From: Cladosporium halotolerans | Lineage: Eukaryota | Assembly: GCF_011745625.1 (NCBI RefSeq) | Contig: NW_027191470.1 | Coordinates: 310,001 to 374,000, forward strand | Direction of reading: 5' to 3' | DNA: 64,000 bases | Shown: in pieces, positions 1 to 12,320 of the stretch | Layout of the letters: each line of letters begins with the position of its first letter | Numbering within the stretch: the stretch's first letter is position 1 | Translations under genes and position numbers: made by a program | The notes under the pieces: generated by a model | What the model was told of the DNA's origin: nothing | Database searches by the model: none | What the model saw: the letters and a program-made list of their open reading frames with translations, nothing else

Positions 1-998
1 TCACGTCTCTTCATCTTCAAGGTGTCACTTCACTTACGTCTCTACACACGAACCACGTGGACGCGCATCATTACGCGCATTGTATCTCAAAAAACCCGGG
101 TGGTCCCGTGCACGACCATGTTGTCATGGTACGCGCACGAGCAAGATGAGATTGGAGAAGGTAGCAGCGTACCTACTATGGCCAAGTATATATTGCCAAA
201 ACATCTTGAGACCTCTTCCACTCGAAGGTACAAGTGTAGATTTCGCCGTGTTCAGCAGGTCCTAACAACCGAATATGCATGCTCTAGGCGAAATGACTTC
301 TTTGTTCACCACAAGCCGCGAACGAACATTCATCGCAATTCAAACAAAGGCATGGTTTCCTCATTTTGGATTTCATCATTCGGATCTTGACGGTTCTCGC
401 ATTCTGCACTTAACAGTATGATTTAGATCTTAAGTCGAAAAGATGGCTTTCTGGTGGGGCATCACATCAATGATCCGATCTAGTGCACCCGAATGTATTC
501 CACCGAGCCGCATTATCGCTCCACTAACACAGAATTTTGGATCCAGCATCAGCAGAGCAGGCGCCATCACTAAGCATCAAACAGCATTGGCTACCCGAGA
601 CGGAGGACGAGGCAGCGATGTAAGCGTCAAAGATGGGTACCAGCTACAGAAGCGCAACCTAAGCGATAGGGAAGCGAAACTGCCTCGAACCTTGAATGCG
701 AACCCAGCACCCAGTACATATTGCCTCACGGGAACAAATTACGAATGGATGCAAAAGTCAGATCAAAACATGGAACATCAATGGAAACAGACTTGACAAC
801 GGTGCAAGCGATTGCAGAAACAGAAATCATTTGAAGAGAAGCGAGGAATACGGCACGATGAAATATATCTATACAGGATCCTGAATGAGGAAATAGCTCT
901 ACAATCAAGCCCAACCCTTAGACTCGTGAGAATGGATGGCCCCCCTCGTCGCTCATCGCAAACAACGCAAACCCCGACATCACAGTTTCCCCCCTGAA

Positions 999-2051
999 TC
1001 ACTCAGATGAGGTATAGCGACTTGTGTCGACTACGGCACTGTGCTCTACGCCATTCGCATTCTTCGCGTTCACAATCTCCTGACGAATCTCCAGCACGCT
1101 CCGGCCCGAGGCCTCCGCAGCAGCTTCAATGGCGTGCGTCAAGCGCTTCGTGATAACGCAGACGTTCTTGATACCGCGGGGAGTCGCGGCGTTGATGCGC
1201 TCGAAGATGTCGGTATTGCTGTAGTTACGCGCGAGACGGATGATGGCGTCGCCTTGGATGAGTTCTGGACGAGACGCGAAGAGCTCGTCGTCTGAAAGAT
1301 GGTCGTGCTCGAACTTGAGGTATGCGGTGTGACGGGGCTTGCGAGTCGGCTTCGGGACAGTCGCACTCGCGGGCTGGTGTACAGGCGTGGGTGCAGGTGC
1401 AGGAGCAGGGGCCGGTACGTCTGCCATTGGAACGTTGGTGTTTGCTTGCTGCTCCACCACATGCCCACTGAAAGCGCGCCAGTACTCCTCGTAAGCGCCA
1501 TTGCCATCCATGACACACCATCTGTACAGCCAAACAGTGTCAGTGATAGTGCCATCTGCAGCCTTGAAGGTCTGCGCACGGAAGTGCGTCTTGAACCCAT
1601 CGACGGTCAGAGTGACCACTCCCACCTGGATAACCGGCCTCTTGGATCCGGTCTTGAGCTCCTGATACCGAGCAACGAACCGAAGAATGGCGAGAACTTT
1701 GGCAATGTTTTGGTTGACAAAGTTGGGCTTGCCGAGGTGCTGGATCGAGGTCGCAGGGTCGAGAGTCTTCAGTTCGAAACCGAGCGCCTCACGCTGAGAA
1801 TCTGACAGACCTTTTATCTTCTCGACGTCTGCTGGGATGCGGCCAGCCTTCTGTAGGTGGCTGATTGTGGCTTGGAGGGCGTACGAGGCTTCTGAGGACC
1901 CTTCTGGTGCTACTGAGGAAGAGATACTCAGATCAGCTGCAAGGGCTTCAGAAAGGAGGTTCAGATCGTTGGATGTACCCCATACTGGCGCCGGAGGTGA
2001 ATTGGACCCGAAAAGACCGCCGACGAAGCGACAACCCAGACCTGATTCCAT
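999..2051 (-). CDS. Hypothetical fungal protein (~350 aa) with a Pro/Ala linker and a helical C-terminal domain
   Basis: Long ORF 999..2150 begins at TTG; its first ATG is at 2051 (MESGLG...). Codon usage looks coding and there is an APAPAPAP linker. No family recognised, and the 5' end or an intron there is uncertain. Confidence 0.65.
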   Translation of the reverse strand: MESGLGCRFVGGLFGSNSPPAPVWGTSNDLNLLSEALAADLSISSSVAPEGSSEASYALQATISHLQKAGRIPADVEKIKGLSDSQREALGFELKTLDPATSIQHLGKPNFVNQNIAKVLAILRFVARYQELKTGSKRPVIQVGVVTLTVDGFKTHFRAQTFKAADGTITDTVWLYRWCVMDGNGAYEEYWRAFSGHVVEQQANTNVPMADVPAPAPAPAPTPVHQPASATVPKPTRKPRHTAYLKFEHDHLSDDELFASRPELIQGDAIIRLARNYSNTDIFERINAATPRGIKNVCVITKRLTHAIEAAAEASGRSVLEIRQEIVNAKNANGVEHSAVVDTSRYTSSE

Positions 2052-2433
2052 GTTGGTGAATTTGGGTAGATCTGTGCGATTGTGGTTGTACCAGATGACA
2101 GGTGGACCAAGAAAGTGCAAGAGGTTGTGTTGAATCGTCCGTTGCAGCAAGTTCCCTTTGAGGATGGCCGTCTCCTATATTTATTGTGCTCTAAGTCCAA
2201 AATTCAATTCACCGCACAAAGGCATTGTTGGACCAAGTGAACTTGAATGCCCAATCCATGCCTCAAGCCACTGCGCTGTGACTGTATCATGCGACAAGTC
2301 ACTAAAGACAAGGGCAATGCGAGCAGTAATCTCGGTACTGCCCAGAACCAGTGTAGTAGGCAATGGTCTTGAAGTGCTGAGTGCGAGCAAGCATCCTCAG
2401 CCTCCTCTCCCAGAGAAGGTGTTGCTGCTATTC

Positions 2434-3672
2434 TCATCCCGTGACGAATCGTAGCCAGTTTGCAGCCAATTGTGTAATACCAGCCTCCAGCTCCCACCCC
2501 TTGACTTCGCAGAGCTTCTTGACGATCTCCTCTAGATACCGATCCATCCTGTCTCCAGCAGTATGCAGATCGCTCTCCATCAACAGTCGATCGTCCGGAA
2601 CAGCACGCACGGCAGCTTCGACCTTCCCCTTCCCATCCTCCAGCCACGAATTGATAGACGTGCTGAAGCTGAAGTAGACATCGCACGGCACCGTCGGCGC
2701 AACATACAGCTTGACCGTCTCCGCCGGGCCCGAGTACGAATGCAAGCACACGCGAGGCGGGTACGGTTTCGGCCCAGCCTCTCGCGCATCTTCATCCTCA
2801 GCATCCTCCGGCTCAGCATTAGCCTTCCTCGCAGCCTCCGTCCGCTTCCTCTCTCTCTTCGACACCGGCTTGCGCTCATGCCCCTTCCACATCTCAGCAA
2901 GCGTGTCGTGCACGATTCCATGCGCCTGAACGCCGTGCACCGATACCGCACGCTGCATTTCGCCCGCCAGACCCAGCTGCGCAAGCAGCACTTTCCGCTG
3001 GTGCTCCATGCTGACTCTGTACGGACTCAGCCTGCGTCCTTCACGGCCGCCAGGCGTCAAAGCGGTATCTCGTTCCTCCAGATGCTGCGGGAGCCAGTCT
3101 TCCGGTATCCGGAAGGACTTGTCGAGGCCGACTTCGCCGACGAGCGCGAGGGGGTATTTCTGCAAGTAGGATCTCATTTGGGAAATAAAAGCGCCGAAGG
3201 GCCGGGGATCCGGGAGCGAGAGCAGGAAGGCGCGGTCGTCGGACTTGGGCGTTAAGACGCTTTGGTAATGGGTTGCTTTTTGGTCGTCGGTGAGAGAGGT
3301 GGCGTTGGCGTATTCGGTTTCGTCGAACATTTGGTGCGAGAACCAGGGGTGCCAGCCGAAGGCGGGGACGATTTTGTGTTGTTTGCTTTGGAGGAAGGCG
3401 GTTGTCAGTATTTGGGATTGATCTGAGCAAGGACGACAGCCTCACCTCCAACTCATGTCGCCGCTCAGCAGCTCGTCTTGTGTGACGCCAAACTTGTCCG
3501 CAGCGTTTGCCACGAGTTCCTGGTCCTGTGCCCTCGTCGCCATAACCGTCAAGACCCTCGCACGCATGCTCGGAATCGATTGGAGGTTCGGCAGCGTGTC
3601 TGTAGGATGGCAGTGGGCATCGAAAACACCCAAGTGCCATGGAAAGGCATCGTCGGCCTTCGATTCTGGCAT
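2434..3672 (-). CDS. scn1: TatD-family metallo-hydrolase (Cut9-interacting protein Scn1-like), 2 exons
   Basis: Exon 1 3672..3446 contains FDAHCHPTD; an alternative ATG lies at 3699. Intron 3445..3386 (GTGAGG...CTGAC...AAG). Exon 2 3385..2434 reads in frame through [33 protein letters not shown] and ESDLH, which are TatD motifs. Confidence 0.9.
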
Positions 3673-4324
3673 GCCATCTCGAGCTGTGGTGCAGCACATT
3701 GTGAGGCTGGTGCGCTTGCCCTTTCCAGTTCTTTCTGTACTTGATGTACAATGTGAATATTAGAATGCTGTTGTTTTTGACAGACGTTTAGAGACAAGCA
3801 TTGTCGATATCGATCGATGAAGCTGAGAATCACCGCTCTTGTTGTGATTATGATGTCATCTTGAAGGCCCGCTATTGCTATTGTATCGCGAAGTGTGTAC
3901 ATTTTATTGTTCGCGATTCTGAAGCATAGACGCAATGTCTTATAGAGCAAGTACTGCATCTGCACGCCTGCAAGTGTCGCAATGAGACAACACAGGTGGT
4001 CGGCAGACCACAAAATTACACTCTAGAATTTCAACTTTGCTCACAACACGACATGTAAAGGCGTGCACATTCGTTAATGATCATCTTGATTGTACAAATA
4101 TTCAGTTGAGCTGCCAAAAAAATGCAAATCTATCGACAACTCCATCCCTCCCATCCCTCCAAGAAAATCACAAAACATGTCGTCGAATCGTAGAAACAAT
4201 AAGCAGTAAATGTGGGTATCATGCCCCTCTGCAACAGTTCCTTGGTCATATCTCATTCATGAAAGGTTCTCCAAACAAATGCTTGCTGGCTTTCTGTCTC
4301 TTTCTTCTGCGAGGATCAACAATA

Positions 4325-5620
4325 TCATTTGCCCTCTAGGTTTTCGAGAGCCTGCTGTCTGCTGTCGTGCACGGCGCTGTCTGTGGGGTCGGAGGCGTCG
4401 CTCATGCTCTCGGCGCTGTGGCTGCGCGCGAACGTGACGCGTCGCGGAGTCGCGAATTCTGCTCGCAGTGGAGAGGCTTGTGATGAGCTTGCTCGGCTGG
4501 TCGTTCGCGCGTGCGAGATCTGGGAGGCGTGTGGCGAGCCGAGCTGGAAGAGTGCTTGAAGTGCTTCTCGTTCTGCTTCTGCTGTTTGTGTGTCTGTGCG
4601 GATAGGATGAGGGCGGCGTGGCTGCTGGGAAATAGGCGTGCGTGGAGGAGACATGGCGCCGTTGTGTCTCACACGCTGGACTGGAGGTGCGTAAGGGTGG
4701 CTGCGGTAGCCATTTGAAGGTCTGATGTCTGGCGCTGGCTGCAGACGTGGGATTGCTCCTGATAAGTGAGGTGCGCGAGTCGGCGCAAATGTCGTATACG
4801 ATCCCGGTAAGCGTTTGGAGGGTGGCGATGCAGCACCTTCCATGGCTGCGGATGTCTGTGGTTCATACATTGAAAGACGAGCCGTACCGTTGCTGAGACC
4901 GCTACTCAAAGGTCGTCTGTTGTAGTCCAAGTGCGACATGCTGTGTCGGTTCGCAGCCTTCTGCGCTGCCAGTCTTTCAACTTCTGAAAATGGCTTATGC
5001 TCCCATCCGTTCTGTACTTTGGTCATGGCATATCCCAAGCGTGCCTTGAGGTTAGCGGCCAGTTCACCCGCTCTGCTACTACTTGACGAAGCAGCCGACG
5101 TAGCGCGTGAACGATTACCCTTGAAAATACCATTCGAAGGCGTCAGACTCCCACCGAGTATGTCTTTCGCGCGTCCATCTGCGCTGCGTTTTCTCCCGTT
5201 GTTCGCGACCGGAGTCGAAATGTCTGCCGGGCTAGCGAGCACCTTCACGTCGCCATCGCGATCAGTCTGAACCTCTGGCGTGCTGTCGCGAATGCTCGCA
5301 TCCTCGCCAGCGTTAAATGTCGGCAAATGTGCCTTTTGAATCGGCGCAGACGAAGAAGGCGACGTTGAGTCAGTGTAGGACGTCAACTGCGACGCGATGC
5401 TGCCCGCGCTCTCAATTTGCGACGCGGTGCTGCTCGTATAACTGCCTATGCTCGTGATCGATTCCTGCGACGCCGGAGCGGATAGTTGCTGCGATTGCAG
5501 GTCGGGAAATTGCATGGTACGCGTCGTCTGGTCGTAAGTCGGCCTCGGACGCGACTCGGTCAAGTGGGCCGCATGCTGCCCTGGCGGATGTAAAGGGTAG
5601 GAGGCATGTATGGTCTCCAT
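4325..5620 (-). CDS. Whi5/Nrm1-family G1/S transcriptional repressor
   Basis: 431-aa Ser/Pro-rich ORF containing the Whi5/Nrm1 GTB-type motif LKARLGYAMTKVQNGWEHKPFSEVE and many S/T-P sites (SPPRTP, TPRR). Confidence 0.85.
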   Translation of the reverse strand: METIHASYPLHPPGQHAAHLTESRPRPTYDQTTRTMQFPDLQSQQLSAPASQESITSIGSYTSSTASQIESAGSIASQLTSYTDSTSPSSSAPIQKAHLPTFNAGEDASIRDSTPEVQTDRDGDVKVLASPADISTPVANNGRKRSADGRAKDILGGSLTPSNGIFKGNRSRATSAASSSSSRAGELAANLKARLGYAMTKVQNGWEHKPFSEVERLAAQKAANRHSMSHLDYNRRPLSSGLSNGTARLSMYEPQTSAAMEGAASPPSKRLPGSYTTFAPTRAPHLSGAIPRLQPAPDIRPSNGYRSHPYAPPVQRVRHNGAMSPPRTPISQQPRRPHPIRTDTQTAEAEREALQALFQLGSPHASQISHARTTSRASSSQASPLRAEFATPRRVTFARSHSAESMSDASDPTDSAVHDSRQQALENLEGK

Positions 5621-5741
5621 TGTGTACGGATGCTGTAAGGATCTTGTGCGCGAGTAGTTGGTGGGTTATGGGATTGGTAGCGAGGGTCGGGTGGAAGACC
5701 CGTGTGGACGACGATCGGCGCTCGCTTGCGGTCGCCGTGTG

Positions 5742-6423
5742 ACGCGGACAACGCTTCGGACGCGACGGGAGATGGGCGCGTGTCGCAAGGCGGTCGCTGG
5801 GTCGCGGGAGTCTTGGAGAGGAACGGACGGGAAGGGCAGGAGAACGCGGTGTCTAGACGGAGGAGGCAGGGCGTGTGTGATATGATATGCTGGTTGTCAT
5901 GGAGGAGTGGAGTGCGCGAGCGAGCACCGCATCGTTCGAGAGGGCCGGCCTCGACCCCACTCGAACTGCTAGAGACGCGCGAGCACGTGCGGTCCACTAT
6001 TTTTCCCTGTGACCACATGCCGTTCTTGAACCGCGACAATTCAACGCATCGTAGTCGGATGAAACGTACCGCATGGATCACTTCCATAATTGTTTCCAAA
6101 CTTCCATTTCTATGCCCGATACCCACGAGTCTACAATGTCCATCCAACAATGTCGACAGTCAAGCCCGGAGCGAACCGTCCTGCACGCACTTCCTCATGC
6201 ATCGTGAAGACGCGCCGTTCATGCGCGCCACAGCCGCTGATAAGCTTGGCAATGCAATAGGTCTGAACAACATCGCGTCTCTAAAGCGCGTTGTTGAATG
6301 TTGGACGACGCGCACGCCACAAACAGAGTCGCATACGAGTCAAGGATTGCATTCATCTCTGTGCCGCTCGCGCAATCGTGTGCTCTAGCAGGCCATCAAA
6401 TATAGACGCGCCGTTCAAACGCG
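5742..6423. promoter_or_regulatory. Cluster of MCB-like ACGCG cores upstream of the Whi5/Nrm1-family gene
   Basis: ACGCG or CGCGT occurs at 5742, 5760, 5844, 5975, 6210, 6274, 6287, 6308, 6406 and 6419. Confidence 0.5.
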
Positions 6424-7144
6424 CAGGAAGGTTGGGGAGGCGATTGTGAGATTACCATAGGCCATGCTCAAAGCTCGCAGAGTCTCAGGCCATGTGGGTG
6501 TTCGCCGTAACCGCATGGGCTTCTCGGGAAACTGTGCTACGACAGGCGTGGACTTGTTTCGTTGCTCATAGCGAACATTCTTCTGCCTGACATGTGCCTG
6601 AGCAAAGCCAGTCAGGTCGCAAACTTGATCTTTCCCGGACGACAAAGAACCGAACAACCATTGGGTATTCGTGTGGCCAAAATTCGTCCATTGATCGTGG
6701 ACGGATACCGTGAGCGCAGCCGAGTCACTGCGTGCTGAAGTGAGCCGTAACAGTCGCTTGGCTAGCACCAGTCGACCCACACAATCGGACTCAACCATCG
6801 AAAAGACCCCTAAAGATTCTTTGTATACTACGGTCGAGTCCTACGACCGATCTGGTATTGAGTGAGGCCGAGAAGATGATCCCATTCCTTGTGTCCGCGG
6901 ACCAACGATGCAGCTTTAATCGCTAACAGACCTCACGGTCGCTGCCAGAACCTGCAGTGAAAGACAGGGCGAAAGTGAAGGCAGTGAGAATTGGCAGCAG
7001 CGGGCGTGCCTTCCTCAAGTTCGAGCCTTTCTTCCACTGTTTGTTTTCACGCGATACAACCGTCACCCTCGACCTCCCAATCTCTTACATCCTCCATCAA
7101 CTCGCTAACAACCTCGCTCATCACCACCCATCGCCATTTCAGCC

Positions 7145-8560
7145 ATGGCCTCACTAGGCGCAGCCAACGACATCTCCGGCACTCTGTGCCCGCGCTGCAC
7201 CGACAAGGGAACCCTGACTTGCTCGCGCTGCAACGACATCAAGTACTGCTCGGCCGAGTGCCAGAGAGCCGACTGGGCTACGCACAAGGTCCTTTGCGGC
7301 GCCATCAAGGACCTCGGACCCCGCCCCTCCAAGGACATGCGTCGCATCCTTGCGTTTCTTCCGGACGAGGAAAAGCCGCGATTCGTGTGGGCGCCGCTCA
7401 TGCAGAACTTGTTCAGCCGGCATGAATCCGTTGACATCTCCAGCTTTTTCGAGCCCGCGCCGATGTACAGGCAGAAACCGCAGGTGAAGAACCCGTGGAC
7501 GAACGGAACGCTTGGCTACGGTCTCGACATTCTCTTCGACGACGACTTCAGCCACGCTTACTCGAATGACAACAGAGCCGTGGTCGCCGCGACGAAGGGA
7601 GCGAACACTCTCAGCTGGCGTGGGCCGGTATTCGCCTACTGCGGGCTACTTGGCGGAGGGACAACTGACAAGCGCGACATCGTCAACATCCGTGACATGA
7701 GCATGCTGGGGTACGCTCATGTCGTCGCCAACTTGACCGATTATCACAACAAGGACCCTCGGCACGCGCTGCGCAAAGGCCCGAAAATCGCCTGCGTCAA
7801 GGTCGCCTGCGACAGCGATCGTCTGCCCAACGCGCCGTTCCCCCAGGCCGTCCAAGTCCCGCGCTCGCACCCCGTCTTCCAACGCGAAGGCTGCGTCTCG
7901 CTCGTGTCCGAGGTCGTCATCCCCTTTTGGAGCTTTGCCTCCCGATAGCAAAACCACTGACAACCCCCATCGCAGCTCGCGGGCATGCCGCTCGCGACGT
8001 ACAAGTATCCCGGCTCCAAGAGCATCGCAGCCACGGACGCCAGCAACACGATCGTCTCGGCCCTGCACATCTGCTGCGACCTGACCAGTCCCGAGTGCGC
8101 GCTGCCGGTGGAGCCGTTTCGCTCCGGAGACGTGGGCACCCAGCTCGTCGCGCGCGCGGACCGCACCCCGCTCGACTGCGACACGGTCGAGGTCTTCGGG
8201 AAGTTCTGCGTTGCGGTCGTCGTGACCTCGCTTTGTATGATTCGTGACATGTTCAGGGACGATGGGATGGCCCGGGAGCGACTCGAACAAATGCCCAAGG
8301 GACTTCTCGCTGACGCCTTGCAGCCAGTGTGGGCTGATCACTTTTCGCGGTGGAAGGCTCTCAAGGCCGCAGCAGCTGGTGCTGGCACTGCTGGTAGTGT
8401 CCTCGGGGACGCTGACGCTAATGTTGGCGCTGCTGAGAATGCTGGCAACGACGATCAGCCGGAGCAGTCCGAGTCGACTTGGCCGCACTCAAGTCTGACA
8501 TGGATTGTTCTCCAAGGCAATGTGGAGAACGTAATGGATTCGATCGCTGCCCTCGATTAG
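7145..8560 (+). CDS. MYND-type zinc finger protein, 2 exons
   Basis: N-terminal CPRC-x7-CSRC-x5-C-x3-CQRADW-x2-HKVLC matches zf-MYND. A probable 63-nt intron 7913..7975 (weak GTCGTC donor, ACTGAC branch, CAG) joins ORF 7145 in frame to ORF 7985..8560. Confidence 0.75.
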
Positions 8561-11500
8561 CAGCAGGCAAAGATCAAAACGGGTCTGTGGAGGATCGTGG
8601 GAAAGTATATAGTATCGCTCCCCCTCAGGCGGAGCGCACAAACCTCCTCAAGCACTCAGTAGCTCAAATGACAATCCGAAAATCAAATCCAAAAATCGTA
8701 CTCTCACGACACGACAAACCTGCAAACCCACCTCTGTACCCATCGATCCCTGCCTTTACCCAAAGTCCCCATTGCCAACAGTGTAATAGGACCCATCACA
8801 TCCCAGGTCCCAATTCTCCACCCACAAATCAATAAACCACACCCAACCCAACCCAACCCAGCCAAAACAACAAAAAAAAAACGTCCCCCCAATGCGCCCC
8901 TCCCCCAAACCCAGCCTAGCGCCCGCCACCCACACCCAGCACCCACGCCGCCGTTCCTGCATCCGTCGCCCGTATTGCGCAATGCGGGAAGCACGCCAGC
9001 CCTTGCCTCCGCCGGCAGCCCGCCCCAGAGCCGCAAGCAGCGCTGGCCCTCCGCGTGCGACGTGGGCTCGGCTCGCGAGCTCCGAGGGCACAGTACCCGC
9101 TGGGCAGCCGTGCAACGTGACAGCCGCGGCGGCGCCGGGCTTGGGAAGCGGATGCCGTGTCGGGGAGGGAGTGCTGGGCAGGAAGGGATGGGAGGGAGGG
9201 GGAGGGTGACCGGGTGCGCGGGTTTGGTGTGACGTGGATGACAGGTTTGGGGGGGCTTGCTGTGCTGTTCGGGGGTTCGGGGGAGTGTGGGTTATTGGGA
9301 GATGGAATTGGGGGGGATGAGAGTGTTAGGGTTGGGATGGTGGGGTGTGGGGGTTGCTTGTGGGATGGGGACGAATGAGGGCGGAGTGTAAGTCTGAGAG
9401 CTATCGCGGAGAGACATTTTCGATGTGGTTGTTGAAGGTTCGAAAGCAGTGAGATTGGTGTTTTGTCCAAATACCTAGATGGGAGGACTATCGTGACAAG
9501 ACATGCAGACCAGCGGTATGGATTGACGTTCAACGAATGACGATCCTCGGTCGTACCTGAGCAACCAGCCAAAGAGGCTGCCGCGAAATGGCGTCTCTCA
9601 AAAAAATTCACCGAAGGCGGCACAACATCTTGTCAGATAGCCGTGTTAGCGTGGCGAGGTAAACCGACGGCGCCTTTGACATCTGCGGAGATGTTCGCGG
9701 CCGGGGGTGTTTATGCAGGCAAGCGATGGGAATGATCAGAGCCGAGACACGGACTGCCTTTTACTGACCACTGATGGCGGTCCGGATCACAGGCCGGTCG
9801 CCTCTGAGTGGGATGCCTTGCCGAGCTTTTCCTGCAAATAGGACTGCATGCATGCAATGATGCGTTACCACGCCTGGCGCCGTGGCAGAGGTTGATGTCT
9901 GCCGTAGAATGGTCTACAGTACAGTGAGATAGGTGCGGGTGGGATAGGATACACATGGACTCGAAGCAGAGCCATGACTAGATGGGTGGGGTGAGAGGTG
10001 ACATGCACGTATTGGGACGTTCGCTGAAATGTATCACACCCTATTCGACGCTTAGTCGCGTGACGTTGCCCGGCTGGCAGCGGGATGCAGTTTAGCAAGG
10101 CAATAATTGCCGTCTGCGAAAGGCCATATGATCGACCGGGGATAAGCTCGACGCAGGTGCAGGCAGATTCGTAGTGCAACCCTGCAAGCATTGGCCGCAC
10201 ACGTCGGTTTCCGGCATAGCTCAGACCGGGTGGCGAGGAAAGTTCAAGGTGTGGCTGCAGGTGATCTGTATTGAAGAACCCGGTCGGTGGGATCTCTGTC
10301 TGTTTGACACGCCCGGGTGCGGCGACGTGTCAGCATGTGCGAGCTTGTGCTCGGCCAACGGCGCGGGAGATGCGGATGAAATGGAAGACGCATGACGTGC
10401 CGGCCACGGCCGACGACGACACGCACGATGGACGACAGGGCGATGGGTTGCACGCAGCTCGACGTGGTGTCGACTCACTAGACCATCTGGGCGGTGGGGC
10501 TGGCACAGGTCGGCGGATGGTGGCCGGCGGCAGAGGGAGGTGTAGTGAGCGCTTTGTGACAGATCGCGTAGAGATATAGGTGGAGGCCGCGATGACAGGC
10601 TGCCATTGGCGCAGGCGCGGCGGGCGCTGCAGGGGCGGGCATGGCGTCTGCGCGGCTCATGCAGGTCGCCGGACGCGGAAGGGACCACGCTGCTTGACGC
10701 TGGATCGGATATGCCACGGGCAGCGCGCGCTGCAGCAGGCCGGCGATGGCGACGAGCGGTGATGCGGACGGTGGGGCGCGGAGGGAGGCGGCAGGCGGGA
10801 GATGGCAGAGCGGATGGCGTGAGTAGGTAGGTGTGGGAGCAGCAGGCAGGACACGAGAGGGCAGGGCAGGGTGTGGAGGTGAGGTCGGAGAAATGCTGCC
10901 TCAGCAGTCCAGGGCGGCCGCTCGCCAGGCTCGCCCGGCTCGCCAGGCACCGGGGCAGCGCTTGGTGGGATCGCGGGCGCGCAGGCAGGTGCGTCGGCTC
11001 GAGGCTTCCTGGCTGCGGGCGCGATCTCGCGCAAACTCTAACCAAGATGGTGGGACGCACTCCGCCGCGCTGGGCGATGCGAGCTAACCCAAACCCTCGC
11101 CCGCCGCCCGCCTGCAGTGCCGCGTTCTGGAAGAGCGCAGCAGGGGAGGCAGAACAAGCGGCAGCGCAGCACCCAGCGGCAGCACCCAGCGGCAGCAGCA
11201 GCAGCAGCAGCAGTGAGAGCCCGCCCAGCACTACTGCGCGTCCTCCCTCCCGCCCTCTGGCCTCATGGCATCCCCCGCCAGGCCCCGTCGCTCGAAGCAG
11301 CAGCCCTGGAGCGCGCCAGACTCCGCCCGCCAGCCCGCCAGCAAGGATCAGCTGTCTTGCCCGTCCGTGGCGCCAAAAATCGCCGTGAGCCCGCCCGCGC
11401 CGTGAACCCTCGCGCACCTCCACGCCCTCGCTGCTTGCTGCTTCGGGCCTGCAGTGGCCATGGGCGCGCGGGCTGGCGAACGGCGCGCGAACCGGGGCAG

Positions 11501-11850
11501 CATGTCGCAGCGTCTGCAGCGATCCCTCGTGCCACTCGGCCTCTGCCTCACTGCTGTTTCCATCGCCACAGCTCCCCTTTCGACGCCGCTGGTGTGTGCC
11601 TGACCTGTCACTGGCTGCGCTAGTTGCGGGTCCTGTCGGTGCGAGCATACGGACGCTGCCTCATTCTGCCGCCGCCTCCCTGGCTGCTGGCACACTCTGC
11701 CTCGACACTCCCGCCTATATAGCTTTCCCGCCGGCGCCGCGTACCGGCCTGTCTGCATCTCATCCAGGTTTCCGGCAATCCTTCAACCCCTCGCCGTGTC
11801 ACATGCCAATCTGCCTGCTTCGTCCAGTCGACCTACCCTGACATAGCTTC

Positions 11851-11873
11851 GACATTGACATTGACATTGACAT
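11851..11873. repeat. (GACATT)n hexamer microsatellite, about 4 copies
   Basis: Sequence gacattgacattgacattgacat is read directly. Confidence 0.9.
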
Positions 11874-11962
11874 CACCCCTCAATCGTTCTTGGACCACGC
11901 ACCATTGACGCCAGCAACGTCCGCAAGAGGTCACCTTCATACATTCAACACGCATTGGACGT

Positions 11963-11968
11963 TATAAA
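11963..11968 (+). promoter_or_regulatory. Candidate TATA box of the Cys-rich microprotein gene
   Basis: TATAAA lies ~110 nt upstream of the 5'UTR intron donor at 12075 and is followed by a C/A-rich leader. Confidence 0.5.
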
Positions 11969-12155
11969 GCCTCATATCCTGCTCCTGCACTTTCGAAGAT
12001 TGCCCACGCACTCACTCGCGGCTGCCATATCCGCCTGAAACGAGCACAACCTCCTCCAAGTCCCAACGAAAAAGGTACGTACTCACGGCGTCCATTGAAG
12101 TCACACCATCGTCAAGACATACCAAGTTACTAACAAAATATTTAGCCTCATTACA

Positions 12156-12320
12156 ATGGCCAAGCCAGGCAAATGCGAGCACACCTTCAAGGTGATCAAA
12201 TCCGACACCACCCTCATCCTCTGGAACTGCAACATGTGCCACTCTGGGCCCCACTGGTGGATCTACGAATGCGCCAAGTGCAAACTCAAGGCGTGCAAGA
12301 CATGCATGGCGAAAGCGTAG
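12156..12320 (+). CDS. 54-aa Cys/His-rich zinc-finger-like microprotein (not in the ORF track)
   Basis: ACAATGG start context. Translation is MAKPGKCEHTFKVIKSDTTLILWNCNMCHSGPHWWIYECAKCKLKACKTCMAKA*, with three CxxC pairs and mostly C/G-ending codons. A 5'UTR intron 12075..12145 (GTACGT...TACTAAC...TAG) precedes it, and a second intron ends at 12371. Confidence 0.8.
   Translation: MAKPGKCEHTFKVIKSDTTLILWNCNMCHSGPHWWIYECAKCKLKACKTCMAKA

Noticed and set aside
22..997. Short plus-strand ORFs at the window start
   Set aside because: They have no coding character. The region is more likely a promoter or UTR (ACGCG cores at 61, 73 and 131; a minus-strand GTAAGT at 32-37) of a gene beyond the window, which cannot be verified here.
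10221..11758. Long overlapping ORFs (for example the 475-aa minus-strand ORF)
   Set aside because: They are Arg/Ala/Pro/Gly-rich translations open in several frames, as expected for GC-rich non-coding DNA, and show no motifs or codon bias.
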